Positions 1-9,540 of a stretch of 64,000 bases of DNA are shown here, one piece after another. How positions within the stretch are numbered: position 1 is the stretch's first letter; the number at the start of each line of letters is the position of its first letter. The notes beneath the pieces are model-generated. The model searched no databases and had not been told where the DNA came from. It saw nothing but the letters and a program-made list of their open reading frames with translations. Made by a program: the position numbers and the translations under genes. The stretch lies in assembly GCA_000146465.1 (NCBI GenBank), contig CP001942.1. One strand, 5' to 3'.

Positions 1-1
1 T

Positions 2-142
2 GACAAATTAGAAGACCACCTTAATGCGATAAAGAGTAGTGATAAGGTTGATGCCGAGAAGGTGCATGACCAAATTGAAGCTTATAAGAATTATTACTAC
101 TCTGATTACCTAGATATGTCGAACGAATCTGATGTTATTTAA
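2..142 (+). CDS. 3' end of a gene that starts upstream of the window (partial, C-terminal 46 codons, ...SNESDVI*)
   Basis: Open frame from base 2 to the TAA at 140-142. Acidic Tyr-rich composition. No homology assignable. Confidence 0.3.
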   Translation, partial: DKLEDHLNAIKSSDKVDAEKVHDQIEAYKNYYYSDYLDMSNESDVI

Positions 143-340
143 ATACCCAGGAAAACATGGAGATAGCCTGGGATCCTGGTATTTAATTCAGCTGTAGAAT
201 CCCCTCTTTAATCCATCCTTCGCTTGGAGGCGATTGGTATTTAATGTTTATTTGAGAGTGGTTTGGTCCAACCAAAACAAAAAGAACACCTTTCAAACCT
301 GAAAAAAGGAGCAGAGAAATATAAAAAAACCTGAGACCTT

Positions 341-1057
341 GTGCCCATGGACAAGGAGACGGTGAAAGACATTCAAAGATCGATCGCGATGAAGCTTAAC
401 AGAGTGGAGTATACCGAGGTTTCTTTGGTTGATGGGTATGAAGAAACAGAAGACTGCTACAAAAGATTTAGAGACGGTCTCAAGAAGGTTTCCGACAGTA
501 TAACGTGGCTGATGACCTACGAGCACGGGGGGAGTAAGATGAAGTCTTTTTATTCTAAGATGAATATGATAACTTCAACATCAAGGATTGGGCAGTTTAA
601 GAACTATGACATTTACGAAGCCAACGGGATTGTTGGGTTAGAGCTCTCAAGAATAGGACTAGCCTCGAATGTCAGTGATGCAGCAAAAAAGTATTCTAAG
701 GCATATATGAACGTTTCACGATACAAGCTCGAGATGAACAAGAAACTTGAGCAACAGATAAAGAAAATATCGAATTTAAGGGACCATTCCAATGCAATTG
801 ATAAGAAGAGGAAGAAAGTCTCGAACATGAGGTACGATCTGGAGATCGAAAAGAAATCCAAAGAACAAAAGACTCCCAATTCTGTATCCAAGGAAAATGA
901 GATGGAAAAGACATTCAAAGAGATGTCTAAAGAGACTCTTAAAGAGATGGAGCAATTTATTGGAAACGATGGAGTGTGCGGAGTGCTTCAGAATGTGGCA
1001 GAAGCACACCAAGAGTTCTTGGAGAAGAGCTCCAAGGCACTGGGAGAAGTCAAATAA
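341..1057 (+). CDS. Hypothetical Lys/Glu-rich coiled-coil protein
   Basis: 238-aa ORF with charged heptad-like composition (KKLEQQIKKISNL..., EIEKKSKEQK). No recognisable catalytic motif. Confidence 0.5.
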   Translation: MPMDKETVKDIQRSIAMKLNRVEYTEVSLVDGYEETEDCYKRFRDGLKKVSDSITWLMTYEHGGSKMKSFYSKMNMITSTSRIGQFKNYDIYEANGIVGLELSRIGLASNVSDAAKKYSKAYMNVSRYKLEMNKKLEQQIKKISNLRDHSNAIDKKRKKVSNMRYDLEIEKKSKEQKTPNSVSKENEMEKTFKEMSKETLKEMEQFIGNDGVCGVLQNVAEAHQEFLEKSSKALGEVK

Positions 1058-1140
1058 ATGTTTATTACATTCAAATTACTCTGCAATTTTTCTCAAGAAG
1101 ACCTCTCTCTGGAATGCTTATAGGATACTGGATGGTGAAC

Positions 1141-1671
1141 CTAGGAACTAGCCAGGTTCGAAGGCTTTTGGATGATGTCAGAGCGGGATATCTCACGCCC
1201 TGGATTGATGTTGAACTTGGGATGGCCATAGTCACAAGTTGGGCCCTTTGGACAAAATCCAAGAAAGTAGTTGTAGCATAGTTTCTTTCTTACATGCTTG
1301 TTTTTGCATGAAGCTCCATTTCTGCAGAACCCACGGTTGTACCATGGGCATTCCTTTGAAGAGCTGTTTGGATCTATGTGTATGTAGTTACACTCTGGAT
1401 TCATGCATTCTCCATAGCTACTGAAGAAATAACATTCTGGCATTCTAGAGAGATCATATTCATGCATGAACTCGCATTTGATTCCCTTCTTGCACAATCC
1501 ACGGAGCCAGTGCTTGCAGACCACCGCTGTGTTTAATTTGACATGCTGTTTGGAACAATTTGGGTCTTTGCACGAGTTTGTTTGGTATGGAATACAATAA
1601 ACCTCGTCCTCTTCGCGTAGTCCCAGCTTGTCTGAAACATACCCCTCAAAGCTGAATGTGGGATCTCCCAT
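1141..1671 (-). CDS. Cleavage and polyadenylation specificity factor 30 kDa subunit (CPSF30/Yth1), multi-CCCH zinc-finger protein
   Basis: Five tandem C-x8-C-x5-C-x3-H fingers. Near-identical core motif VCKHWLRGLCKKGIKCEFMHEYDLSRMPECYFF as in Yth1/CPSF4. Start placed at the internal MGDPTF. Confidence 0.85.
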   Translation of the reverse strand: MGDPTFSFEGYVSDKLGLREEDEVYCIPYQTNSCKDPNCSKQHVKLNTAVVCKHWLRGLCKKGIKCEFMHEYDLSRMPECYFFSSYGECMNPECNYIHIDPNSSSKECPWYNRGFCRNGASCKNKHVRKKLCYNYFLGFCPKGPTCDYGHPKFNINPGREISRSDIIQKPSNLASS

Positions 1672-1748
1672 GGTGAGGGAGTAGAAAAGAATTATATGCA
1701 TTGCACCGGAGATCGTTCAATTAAAAATAACAAAAAAATAGCCCCAAA

Positions 1749-2177
1749 ATGAGATTAGGTAGGGTAGTCGTATTGTGTTTTTCATTATCGGTAATATATG
1801 CCTCTGCAATTCCCCAGGATGTTGCTTCAAATGTGGAAACTGTGAGAAGTAAAGCTCATAAGTCGTATAAAAAGGTTATGGAGCAAGGAAAGACATGTCT
1901 GGGAAAGGTATGCGAGCTTTTTGGAAGGGGACGAGATATTCTTTGTACCAGAATCAAGAATGCTTTGTCTTCGATTAGAAGGAAAGGCGAAAAGGACGGT
2001 AAGACAGCTGGGTCTGGAGAAGGAGAGGGATCGGAAGAAGAGGCATTTGATCTTTCGCCTGAGGATATTGAGAAGCTAATTGAGGAGATCAAGAAAAAGC
2101 TATCGGGATATATGGATGTAACGGGAGAACAGCAGGAAGGAGAAGGAGAGAAAGAGGAAGAAAAAGAGGAGTTGTGA
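1749..2177 (+). CDS. Small secreted acidic protein (signal peptide, 4 Cys, Glu-rich tail ending KEEL)
   Basis: N-terminal hydrophobic signal MRLGRVVVLCFSLSVIYASA. Acidic EGEGEKEEEKEEL C-terminus resembles a KDEL-type ER-retrieval variant. Confidence 0.5.
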   Translation: MRLGRVVVLCFSLSVIYASAIPQDVASNVETVRSKAHKSYKKVMEQGKTCLGKVCELFGRGRDILCTRIKNALSSIRRKGEKDGKTAGSGEGEGSEEEAFDLSPEDIEKLIEEIKKKLSGYMDVTGEQQEGEGEKEEEKEEL

Positions 2178-2274
2178 AGGATCTCTGTTGTTTGTTTACG
2201 TCTGAGTAGTGAATAAACGTAAGATGTTTCTTGTTTACTTTGCATAGTTAAACGTATATCTTTTGCCCTAATGA

Positions 2275-3462
2275 ATGGAGTCTGACGATAGCTGGGAGGA
2301 GGCTGTTGAAGAGAGGCTAGAACTTATGCCGAAAAAGACCTCGATCCAAAGGGCTGTGGACATCAAAATTGTGATGATCCACAAGATCATATGGTTCCTT
2401 AGAAAGATGCAGATTCCGGTGGAAAAGCCAATGATAGAAGAGAAAGTTGACTTTCATATTGATGAGAGATTGAAAGAGTATGTGAATTCCTTGAAGGACA
2501 TTGAAGAGGTGGACAGAGTGGTTATGCTGTTTAAGCTCTTGATTTTGTTTGGGATACCCAGCCGAATATACATTGTTCTTGGGGAGGAACCCAAGTGCTT
2601 TATCGAGAGCAGGCTATTGGGAAGGATTAGAGAACACCATGGTAGATATGCAGGATGTGTCTTTTCGGTTGATTCCTGTCTAAGACTTAAAGACCAGTCG
2701 TACCATTTTTCAAAGTCTACGAAGCAATTCTCGGCAGCGAGGTATGTGGCTGAGGGGCTTTCTAAGTTTGGAATGGATAGGAAGGTGTCTGGAGGAGTGG
2801 ACCATTTCTTTGATGATCTTGATAAAGAAAGAATGAGAAAGATACCTTCATCCATTGAAAAGATGAAAAGACACCCAAAGTTTGTCGTTGAGTCCATGCT
2901 AAGGCGAGATCAATGTATCTATCCAAAGAGACCGACTTTCGGGCTTTTCCGAGGGGAAATCATATATTCACGAGAAAACATAGTAAAGCTAAGAACAAAG
3001 GAACAGTTTTACAAGATGGGAAAAGACATTGGTTCATCCAAGCCTTACAGAGTGGTAAAAAAAGATGAGCAGGAGACCCGTCTGTATGCGCCATGGCAAA
3101 CATGCGACCTGGTGGTGGAGGGGTTTGGGGAGTCTATGTACCAGGACTTCTTTCATCCAAACTTCATACCGCAAGGATGTGTATACATAAACAATAAAAG
3201 TGCAAGGGATGTTGCATATCTACTTGGATTTCCATACAGAATATGCTTTCAAGGGTTTTTAAAGGGAATGCCTATCAATCGAGGGATATTTTTAGAGAAA
3301 AGAAATCTTTATGTGTTTTCGAACTTTCTATTCCAATATTGCAGGTATCTGGAGATGAAGGAGAAAAACGAGCGTGGAGCATTGGGATTCAAGAAATGGA
3401 GGTTCTTGATCAGGAATGCGGCAAAGTACTTAAAGATCAGAAGAGGCTTGGGATTAAAATGA
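2275..3462 (+). CDS. RAD4: XPC/Rad4-family DNA damage recognition protein (nucleotide excision repair)
   Basis: C-terminal half aligns with the XPC/Rad4 beta-hairpin domains: HPKFVVESMLRRDQCIYPKRP; IYSRENIVKLRTKEQFYKMGK; LYAPWQTCDLVVE; GCVYINNKSARDVAYLLGFPYRICFQGF. These compare with XPC [39 protein letters not shown] and [28 protein letters not shown]. Confidence 0.65.
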   Translation: MESDDSWEEAVEERLELMPKKTSIQRAVDIKIVMIHKIIWFLRKMQIPVEKPMIEEKVDFHIDERLKEYVNSLKDIEEVDRVVMLFKLLILFGIPSRIYIVLGEEPKCFIESRLLGRIREHHGRYAGCVFSVDSCLRLKDQSYHFSKSTKQFSAARYVAEGLSKFGMDRKVSGGVDHFFDDLDKERMRKIPSSIEKMKRHPKFVVESMLRRDQCIYPKRPTFGLFRGEIIYSRENIVKLRTKEQFYKMGKDIGSSKPYRVVKKDEQETRLYAPWQTCDLVVEGFGESMYQDFFHPNFIPQGCVYINNKSARDVAYLLGFPYRICFQGFLKGMPINRGIFLEKRNLYVFSNFLFQYCRYLEMKEKNERGALGFKKWRFLIRNAAKYLKIRRGLGLK

Positions 3463-3674
3463 CATTTGGTATTGTTTTGAACTCTTCTTATCAACTTCGG
3501 ATAGCCAGGTTCTAAGAAGTTAGGGCAGGGGAAAGACCTGGATGTAATGGAATGTATTGAAAAGGGGGATTCTTCCAAAGAATGGATAAGACATCTCAAA
3601 AATTCGTTTGAATATAATGGTTGTCAAATTTTTCAACAACAAAACCTACATAAAGAAAAAAAAAATACCCCCTT

Positions 3675-4802
3675 ATGTCAGAAATAGTTCAGGCACTTGT
3701 TATTGATATTGGATCTGGAGTTGTGAAATCAGGATTTGCAGGAGACGATGCACCAAGAGCTGTATTCCCTAGTATAGTGGGATTTCCCAGGCACAAGGGA
3801 GTGATGGTTGGAATGGGGCAGAAGGATGCATATGTTGGAGATGAGGCACAAACAAAGAGAGGAATCCTGCACATAAAATACCCCATTGAACATGGAATTG
3901 TAAGCAATTGGGATGATATGGAGAAGATATGGCACCATACTTTCTACAATGAACTAAGGGTTGCACCTGAGGAACACCCTGTGCTTCTTACCGAGGCTCC
4001 TCTGAACCCAAAGGCCAACAGAGAAAAGATAACCCAAATTATGTTTGAAACCTTCAATGTACCATCCTTTTATATCTCTATCCAGGCTGTTCTGTCTCTT
4101 TATGCAAGCGGAAGGACAACGGGAATAGTGTTCGATTCAGGAGATGGAGTGTCTCATGTTGTGCCCATCTACGAGGGATATTCTCTTCCTTATGCAATCA
4201 ACAGGATTGATCTTGCAGGCCGAGATCTTACAGAATACTTGCAGGTGATCCTTACCGAAGGAGGAAATACTTTTACGACAACAGCCGAAAGAGAAATTGT
4301 TAGGGACATCAAGGAGAAGCTCTGCTATGTGTCATTGAATTACGAAGAGGACATGAGGAACACCGAACACCTTGCTTCAATCACAAAGACCTACGAACTT
4401 CCCGATGGACAGGTGATCTCTATAGGTAACGAGAGGTTCCGAGCACCCGAACTATTGTTCCAGCCTAAGCTCCGTGGTCTTGAGCTGAAGGGAGTCCACC
4501 AGAACATCTACGATTCCATCATGAAATGTGATGTCGACATCAGAAAGGAGCTCTATGGAAATATTGTTCTTTCCGGCGGTACTACCATGTATCCAGGACT
4601 TGCTGAGAGAATCCTTAACGAAATCAAGGCACTAGCACCTCCAGTAATTAAGATTGGGGTAGTAGCACCCCCAGAGAGGAAATATAGCGTATGGATTGGA
4701 GGATCTATCCTGGCATCTCTTTCAACCTTCCAACAGATGTGGGTTTCTAAGGCTGAGTACCAGGAGCATGGGCCATCCATCGTTCATAGGAAGTGCTTCT
4801 AA
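3675..4802 (+). CDS. ACT1: Actin
   Basis: 375-aa protein colinear with eukaryotic actins ([46 protein letters not shown]-like C-terminus [17 protein letters not shown]). Confidence 0.97.
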
Positions 4803-5005
4803 TAAGACGCTTGGCTCTATTGTCTGGCAAGAGAATGTTCCTTGCCTCATCCATTTCAAAGCGTTGTGGACCTACATTCTTAATGAATGATTTTATCGTG
4901 ATTGTTTTTAAATCTCTTTTATTATCCACGTAATCTATCCCCGTCACTCGGATGATAAATGAAATCAGCCAACTTCATTAAAACAAAACTTTTCCTTTTG
5001 TTTAT

Positions 5006-5659
5006 ATGCTTGGGAAGGAGAAGTGTGGAAATGATAAAAACGAAATCTCAAGGTGTAGAGACAATTCAAGAAAAGGCCTAGGTTATTCCTCGGAGTCGGA
5101 TATCCCCGAGCAGGGGAAAAGAGGAAGACGTCCAGGGATATCCTATGCAGATTTGATAACAGAGGCTATAGAAAGCAGCTCCGAAGGAATGCTAACACTT
5201 AAGGAAATATATTCCTACATCTCTTCAAAACACCCATACTTCTCTCTTAAGAAGACGGGGTGGCAGAACTCAATTAGACACAACCTGAGTTTGAATAAAT
5301 CTTTCTATAAGGTCCCCAGAACATCGGCAAACCCGGGAAAAGGTTCGTTCTGGAAGATAAACTATGAATTCCAGAACAGCAAGGGTTCACAAAAGACCTA
5401 CAGGTCTAGGAATAAATACTCATTCAATAGCAATCGTGATGCAGAAAAGAATGTCAACTCGATATCAGAGCTTCTTGGAGCACAGCAAGGCTTTTTCGAT
5501 AGTATCGGTGTTACAGAAGTTCCCTTCGAGCGCCACACAACAGTCTTTGATGGAAACTTGACAAGCCTCAGCGATTGTCTTGATCACAGTTACCAAAAGG
5601 AATATTTCGACCACAACGACGACCTCTCAAACACAAACTACATTTTCTCGTTCAGATGA
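5006..5659 (+). CDS. Forkhead (FOX) winged-helix transcription factor
   Basis: Canonical forkhead box: KPPYSYADLITEAI..., WQNSIRHNLSLNKSFYKVPR, GKGSFWKI. Confidence 0.85.
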   Translation: MLGKEKCGNDKNEISRCRDNSRKGLGYSSESDIPEQGKRGRRPGISYADLITEAIESSSEGMLTLKEIYSYISSKHPYFSLKKTGWQNSIRHNLSLNKSFYKVPRTSANPGKGSFWKINYEFQNSKGSQKTYRSRNKYSFNSNRDAEKNVNSISELLGAQQGFFDSIGVTEVPFERHTTVFDGNLTSLSDCLDHSYQKEYFDHNDDLSNTNYIFSFR

Positions 5660-5700
5660 TAGAGAATAAATTCAAATTAGATGTATGTTTTTTGTGTCTT

Positions 5701-5716
5701 CACTTCCCGGGAAGTG
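5701..5716. promoter_or_regulatory. Perfect 16-bp palindrome CACTTCCCGGGAAGTG, 34 bp upstream of the gene starting at 5750
   Basis: Read directly: cacttcccgggaagtg is its own reverse complement. It is followed by a CCCCC motif 7 nt before the ATG. Confidence 0.25.
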
Positions 5717-5749
5717 GTTCGAAACCAATTCCCAATCTATCCCCCGATA

Positions 5750-6292
5750 ATGAATGCCCCAATCACCGTCGTTTTAAAGGGCGTCAGGCCAACTTGCGAG
5801 AGCAACGAGGAGAATCCAGAGTTTGAGAGGTTTTACAGGGTTCTCAAGCTCTTGATGGACTCCCCTCTGAATAAGTCCAAGAAACTATGTGTCTACATAC
5901 ACACAACTAGGAATGTCCTTATAGAACTGAGCTATCTCCTCGAGGTTCCCGAAAATCCCATTGAACTCAGTGATGTTATGTCTTACCTATTGAAAAGACT
6001 GGTTGTTAAATCATCCGACGGAACTGTTTTAGCAAAGGTAATAAAGAATCCAATCAACAATCACTTGCCTCCGAATTCCACAAAGATCAGGCTTTCTCCA
6101 AGAGGATCTAGGGTGTCCCTAAAGGATTTGGAATCACACATTGAAAGGGGACTTGCTTTCTTCGTCGGTGTTGGAGCAGATGAAAAGAAGGAAGGAGAGT
6201 TCGATATGAAACTGTCGAACTTCAAGCTTTCCCCCGAAAACTGTTGTGCTAAGCTAACAAGCATTCTTGAAGAAATGCTAGGGATTTTTTGA
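5750..6292 (+). CDS. Hypothetical protein
   Basis: 181-aa ORF from MNAPITVV. CCCCC motif and a 16-bp palindrome lie just upstream. No recognisable domain. Confidence 0.45.
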   Translation: MNAPITVVLKGVRPTCESNEENPEFERFYRVLKLLMDSPLNKSKKLCVYIHTTRNVLIELSYLLEVPENPIELSDVMSYLLKRLVVKSSDGTVLAKVIKNPINNHLPPNSTKIRLSPRGSRVSLKDLESHIERGLAFFVGVGADEKKEGEFDMKLSNFKLSPENCCAKLTSILEEMLGIF

Positions 6293-6452
6293 TTTGGGGA
6301 ACAGCCTACACTACTACAAATTCTGAAGAAATAAAAACGTGATCGATTTGAAACATACTCTTCAGAGAAGCTCTATCCAAGCTTAAAACATCGGAGGATA
6401 AAACAATTGTTTCGCCGCGAATAGGTTTTATTCCAGATAGCTTCTGCATAGA

Positions 6453-7160
6453 ATGTTTCTGAGAGGAGTGGTATCCATTGTCTTAATTCTTGAGCTTATC
6501 AAAGGATCCGACCAGCAGACGAGAATGGCTCTGCCCAACCAAGAGATGATGCTAAAAAACACCATAAATCCCAAGCCACAATGCTATCAAATATACCAAG
6601 GTCCAATGCAAACACCTGTCTGTGCAACGTTTTCTCAACCAACGGTGACAACCGGCATGGTATATCAAAAGCCAGAACAGCCAAAGCTAAGCCCTGATCT
6701 CGTAAGACTGATTCAGTCGATTCCAGGTGCCTCGGAGAAGTTGACGAGCTTCTTGGAATATAAAGGAATAACCCAGCCATGGCCTGAAATATTTGACTTT
6801 GGGTCTGACAAGAGCTATGGTTTGCCAGCGCCAGAACCTATGTTTGCAAAAATTCAGTCTCTGCTAAATGTCCTCGAGGACATAAAAGAGCTTCTATCCA
6901 ACGAACTGTTCAAAGTAGAGACATACATTAGCAGAGGAAAAGGCCATCTCTGTGAAAGCATCAAGAAGCTTAGGAGATACGATGGAATATTGAAGAAATA
7001 TCTAAAAAAGATATCGTCTGCTAAAACTACAAAGTCCAAGCACAACTACGCTACCAAGTACACAAGCTTTAGTGAAAAGGCACATGAGGAGGCAAAGTCC
7101 TATTATGAAACAAAGAAGTGGTTACAGACGATAGTAGCACTGTTTAGGTCTCTTATCTAG
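6453..7160 (+). CDS. Hypothetical secreted protein (N-terminal signal peptide)
   Basis: Hydrophobic N-terminus MFLRGVVSIVLILELIKG. Pro/Gln-rich segment with 3 Cys, then a basic helical C-terminus. Confidence 0.5.
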   Translation: MFLRGVVSIVLILELIKGSDQQTRMALPNQEMMLKNTINPKPQCYQIYQGPMQTPVCATFSQPTVTTGMVYQKPEQPKLSPDLVRLIQSIPGASEKLTSFLEYKGITQPWPEIFDFGSDKSYGLPAPEPMFAKIQSLLNVLEDIKELLSNELFKVETYISRGKGHLCESIKKLRRYDGILKKYLKKISSAKTTKSKHNYATKYTSFSEKAHEEAKSYYETKKWLQTIVALFRSLI

Positions 7161-7263
7161 TAGTCTTATTCTTACACCCATGGATTCCTAAGAGGTGTAT
7201 ATGTATACAACCTAGGTTGTTTCCCAGCAGGGGATCCCAATTAAACACAACTTGATGCTATTT

Positions 7264-7836
7264 TCATGGCTCTATCTGCTCTTTTTTGAAGTCATTGAAA
7301 ATCTCCATCATGAAGCTTAGGTCCTTGCCCTCCTCCAGGTTTTTTCTAAGGTGTTTCCCTCGAGATGGATTGAATGGATTGAATCTCCTCTTTTCCATCA
7401 TCTTGTCGATAAACGAGTTCAACAGCCACATCGAGTCACTCATCCTACACCTGTAAATCGAGTAGTTTGTGGGTGCGGCATAGATGTGCCCATGGATTAT
7501 GTAGTACATCCCTAATGTCTCTGTGGTGTCTCCGTGGTTGTATGCTTTCCTGATCACAAACAGTGTTTTTTCATTGTTGCTACTTTCTGCTTCGTAGAAT
7601 ACTCCTATCATCGAGGATAGCTTAGATTTCTGGTCCAATCCTCGGAACTGGGTCTGCATCTTGAGTATTTCGTTATTGCAAGACTTATCATAGAAAGGAG
7701 AGCCCGAAAAGTACTCCAGGACATTCGCATCGTCGAGAGGTCTCGAACTAAGAAATCTTTGATCCACAAAACTTACATCCTCCTTCTCCTCCATTAAGGG
7801 AAGACATTTGTTGGCTTCTTTTACAGAAACTGCCAA
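7264..7836 (-). CDS. MED6: Mediator complex subunit 6 (MED6)
   Basis: NVLEYFSGSPFYDKSCNNEILKMQ matches the MED6 signature NVMDYFS..PFYDRTCNNE.VKMQ. LFVIRKAY...YYIIHGHIYAAP matches LFIIRKQ..YYIIAGVIYQAP. C-terminal NPSRGKH matches HPSKGYW. Confidence 0.6.
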   Translation of the reverse strand: MAVSVKEANKCLPLMEEKEDVSFVDQRFLSSRPLDDANVLEYFSGSPFYDKSCNNEILKMQTQFRGLDQKSKLSSMIGVFYEAESSNNEKTLFVIRKAYNHGDTTETLGMYYIIHGHIYAAPTNYSIYRCRMSDSMWLLNSFIDKMMEKRRFNPFNPSRGKHLRKNLEEGKDLSFMMEIFNDFKKEQIEP

Positions 7837-7911
7837 AATCCAGAAAACACCAATCCAAAAAAATACTCTTTATTCTAGATGCTTTATTATTGAGAAGTAG
7901 CCCAGTTCCAT

Positions 7912-8337
7912 CTATTTTGTGCCTGGTTTGTTCTTATCAAGGAAGTCCTTGATTGCCAACTTGATGGCATCTTCGGCCAGCATCGAACAGTGGAGCTTAA
8001 TGGGAGGCAAGGAGAGCTTTTTGGCTATGTCTCTATTGGATATCTTTAGTGATTCGTCTAGGGTCTTCTTCTTGATCCATTCTGTTGCCAAACTCGAAGA
8101 GGCTATTGCAGATCCACATCCAAAAGTTTTGAATTTTGCTTCTTCAATTACATTATCTTTCCCAACCTTGATCTGGAGTTTCATCACATCTCCACAGGCC
8201 GGTGCACCAACTATCCCCGTTCCAACCCGAGGATCCGATTTGTCAAGAGAGCCTACATTTCTTGGGTTTTCAAAGTGGTCTATAACGCTTGTGTCGTACT
8301 TTCTCGTTATTCCACTCAACTCTTGAAGTACTGACAT
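7912..8337 (-). CDS. ISU1: Iron-sulfur cluster scaffold protein ISCU (mitosomal Isu1)
   Basis: DHFENPRNVGS, GAPACGDVMKLQIKV and LPPIKLHCSMLAEDAIKAA-like motifs are diagnostic of IscU. Start placed at the internal MSVLQEL, 32 bp from the neighbouring gene. Confidence 0.9.
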   Translation of the reverse strand: MSVLQELSGITRKYDTSVIDHFENPRNVGSLDKSDPRVGTGIVGAPACGDVMKLQIKVGKDNVIEEAKFKTFGCGSAIASSSLATEWIKKKTLDESLKISNRDIAKKLSLPPIKLHCSMLAEDAIKLAIKDFLDKNKPGTK

Positions 8338-8368
8338 CCCAGGGTTGCAGTTCCTATTTTTAACTCTC

Positions 8369-9118
8369 TTATCCCTCAAAGCTTAAAACCTTTATGGAGT
8401 CTTCTGTAAGTAGAAACAGACTGTTCTCAAGTGCAACATACTGCCTTATTTCCCCCACAGGGAACACACTCTTGAAAGACCAGTCGTTACGCGACACCTC
8501 AACGCAGTTCTTCATCACCTTGATCTTTTGGGATTTGCATTCTATTGTGCTTTTTTCTTTCTTCCACAAAAAGTTTTCATCAACAAGCTGAAGCTTACTG
8601 TTGTAAACCCTTGACTCTCCGTTTCTGTATACACATGAAACCATACAATCCCCCATCCGTGCATCGACCATCCAATCTGCACACATGTAGCACATTATCT
8701 CCTTCAGCTTCATATCATATTTCTTTTCGTTGTTCTTGACAAGATGCAGCAGTATGTTGTAGAACAGTAACCTACACCTTCGGCTTATAGCTTTCTTCTT
8801 CACTAGAAATATCAAGAGATGGAAGTCCATGCTTTTTATTCTTGTGCATCTGAACTTCTCGTCATACTTGTATACTTTGATAGAATCCCCTCTGTGCAGC
8901 AAGAGATAACCTTCAATCGCGTAGAACTCGTTTCCCACAAGTTCTATAGAGAACACTCGGACTTTCTCTCCAGATAGATCGTATCGATTTAACGAAAAGA
9001 AAGGCTCTTGGGTTTTCAACCCTAGACTGTGTGTCTCCGACAGAAGATATTCTTTATATTCCTTGAAAACAGCTCTATCCACCAAATCCTCCATTGATTC
9101 TGCTACATGCTCCACCAA
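8369..9118 (-). CDS. Hypothetical protein
   Basis: 249-aa ORF with coding-like composition. No recognisable motif. Confidence 0.5.
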   Translation of the reverse strand: MVEHVAESMEDLVDRAVFKEYKEYLLSETHSLGLKTQEPFFSLNRYDLSGEKVRVFSIELVGNEFYAIEGYLLLHRGDSIKVYKYDEKFRCTRIKSMDFHLLIFLVKKKAISRRCRLLFYNILLHLVKNNEKKYDMKLKEIMCYMCADWMVDARMGDCMVSCVYRNGESRVYNSKLQLVDENFLWKKEKSTIECKSQKIKVMKNCVEVSRNDWSFKSVFPVGEIRQYVALENSLFLLTEDSIKVLSFEG

Positions 9119-9221
9119 ATATTAATGAAACAAGACAAAACCTCGTCAGAAGTCTAGGAAATCCTAGGTACTTATCAGAAAACAAATAGACCATTCACAT
9201 TTATTCATGGGCCAACCGGCC

Positions 9222-9491
9222 TTATCTCACAAATCTCCCCACATAGCCGTTGTCAGAATCGATCTTTCTGATGCTTGGATTTGCCACATCCCTATTTCGG
9301 ATGAGAAAGACTATCTCCTTGTCCTCTTCGCTCAAAAATTGTCTCTTTTCCTTGGGTTCCTTCTTTCCACTGCTTACTTCAAGCTTCTTGTTTCTTCTAT
9401 CTTTGGTATAATCCCTTGTGTCGTACATATTCTTGATTCCATCAAAGAATAAGTTAGAGTCTGAATACTTTGACTGGAATTCTTCCATCAA
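9222..9491 (-). CDS. Small basic hypothetical protein (89 aa)
   Basis: Charged coding-like ORF. The overlapping plus-strand ORF 9207..9452 looks less protein-like. Assignment uncertain. Confidence 0.3.
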   Translation of the reverse strand: MMEEFQSKYSDSNLFFDGIKNMYDTRDYTKDRRNKKLEVSSGKKEPKEKRQFLSEEDKEIVFLIRNRDVANPSIRKIDSDNGYVGRFVR

Positions 9492-9540
9492 GGGGTTGGA
9501 AATTCAGAATAAGACAGCGGGGTTATGTAGCATAGGAGAG

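Noticed and set aside
1141-1160. T-loop-like GGTTCGAA sequences at about 1148 and about 5731 as possible additional tRNA genes
   Set aside because: Flanking sequence does not form T-stems, acceptor stems or D-arms. Only the 36444..36525 locus folds into a complete cloverleaf.
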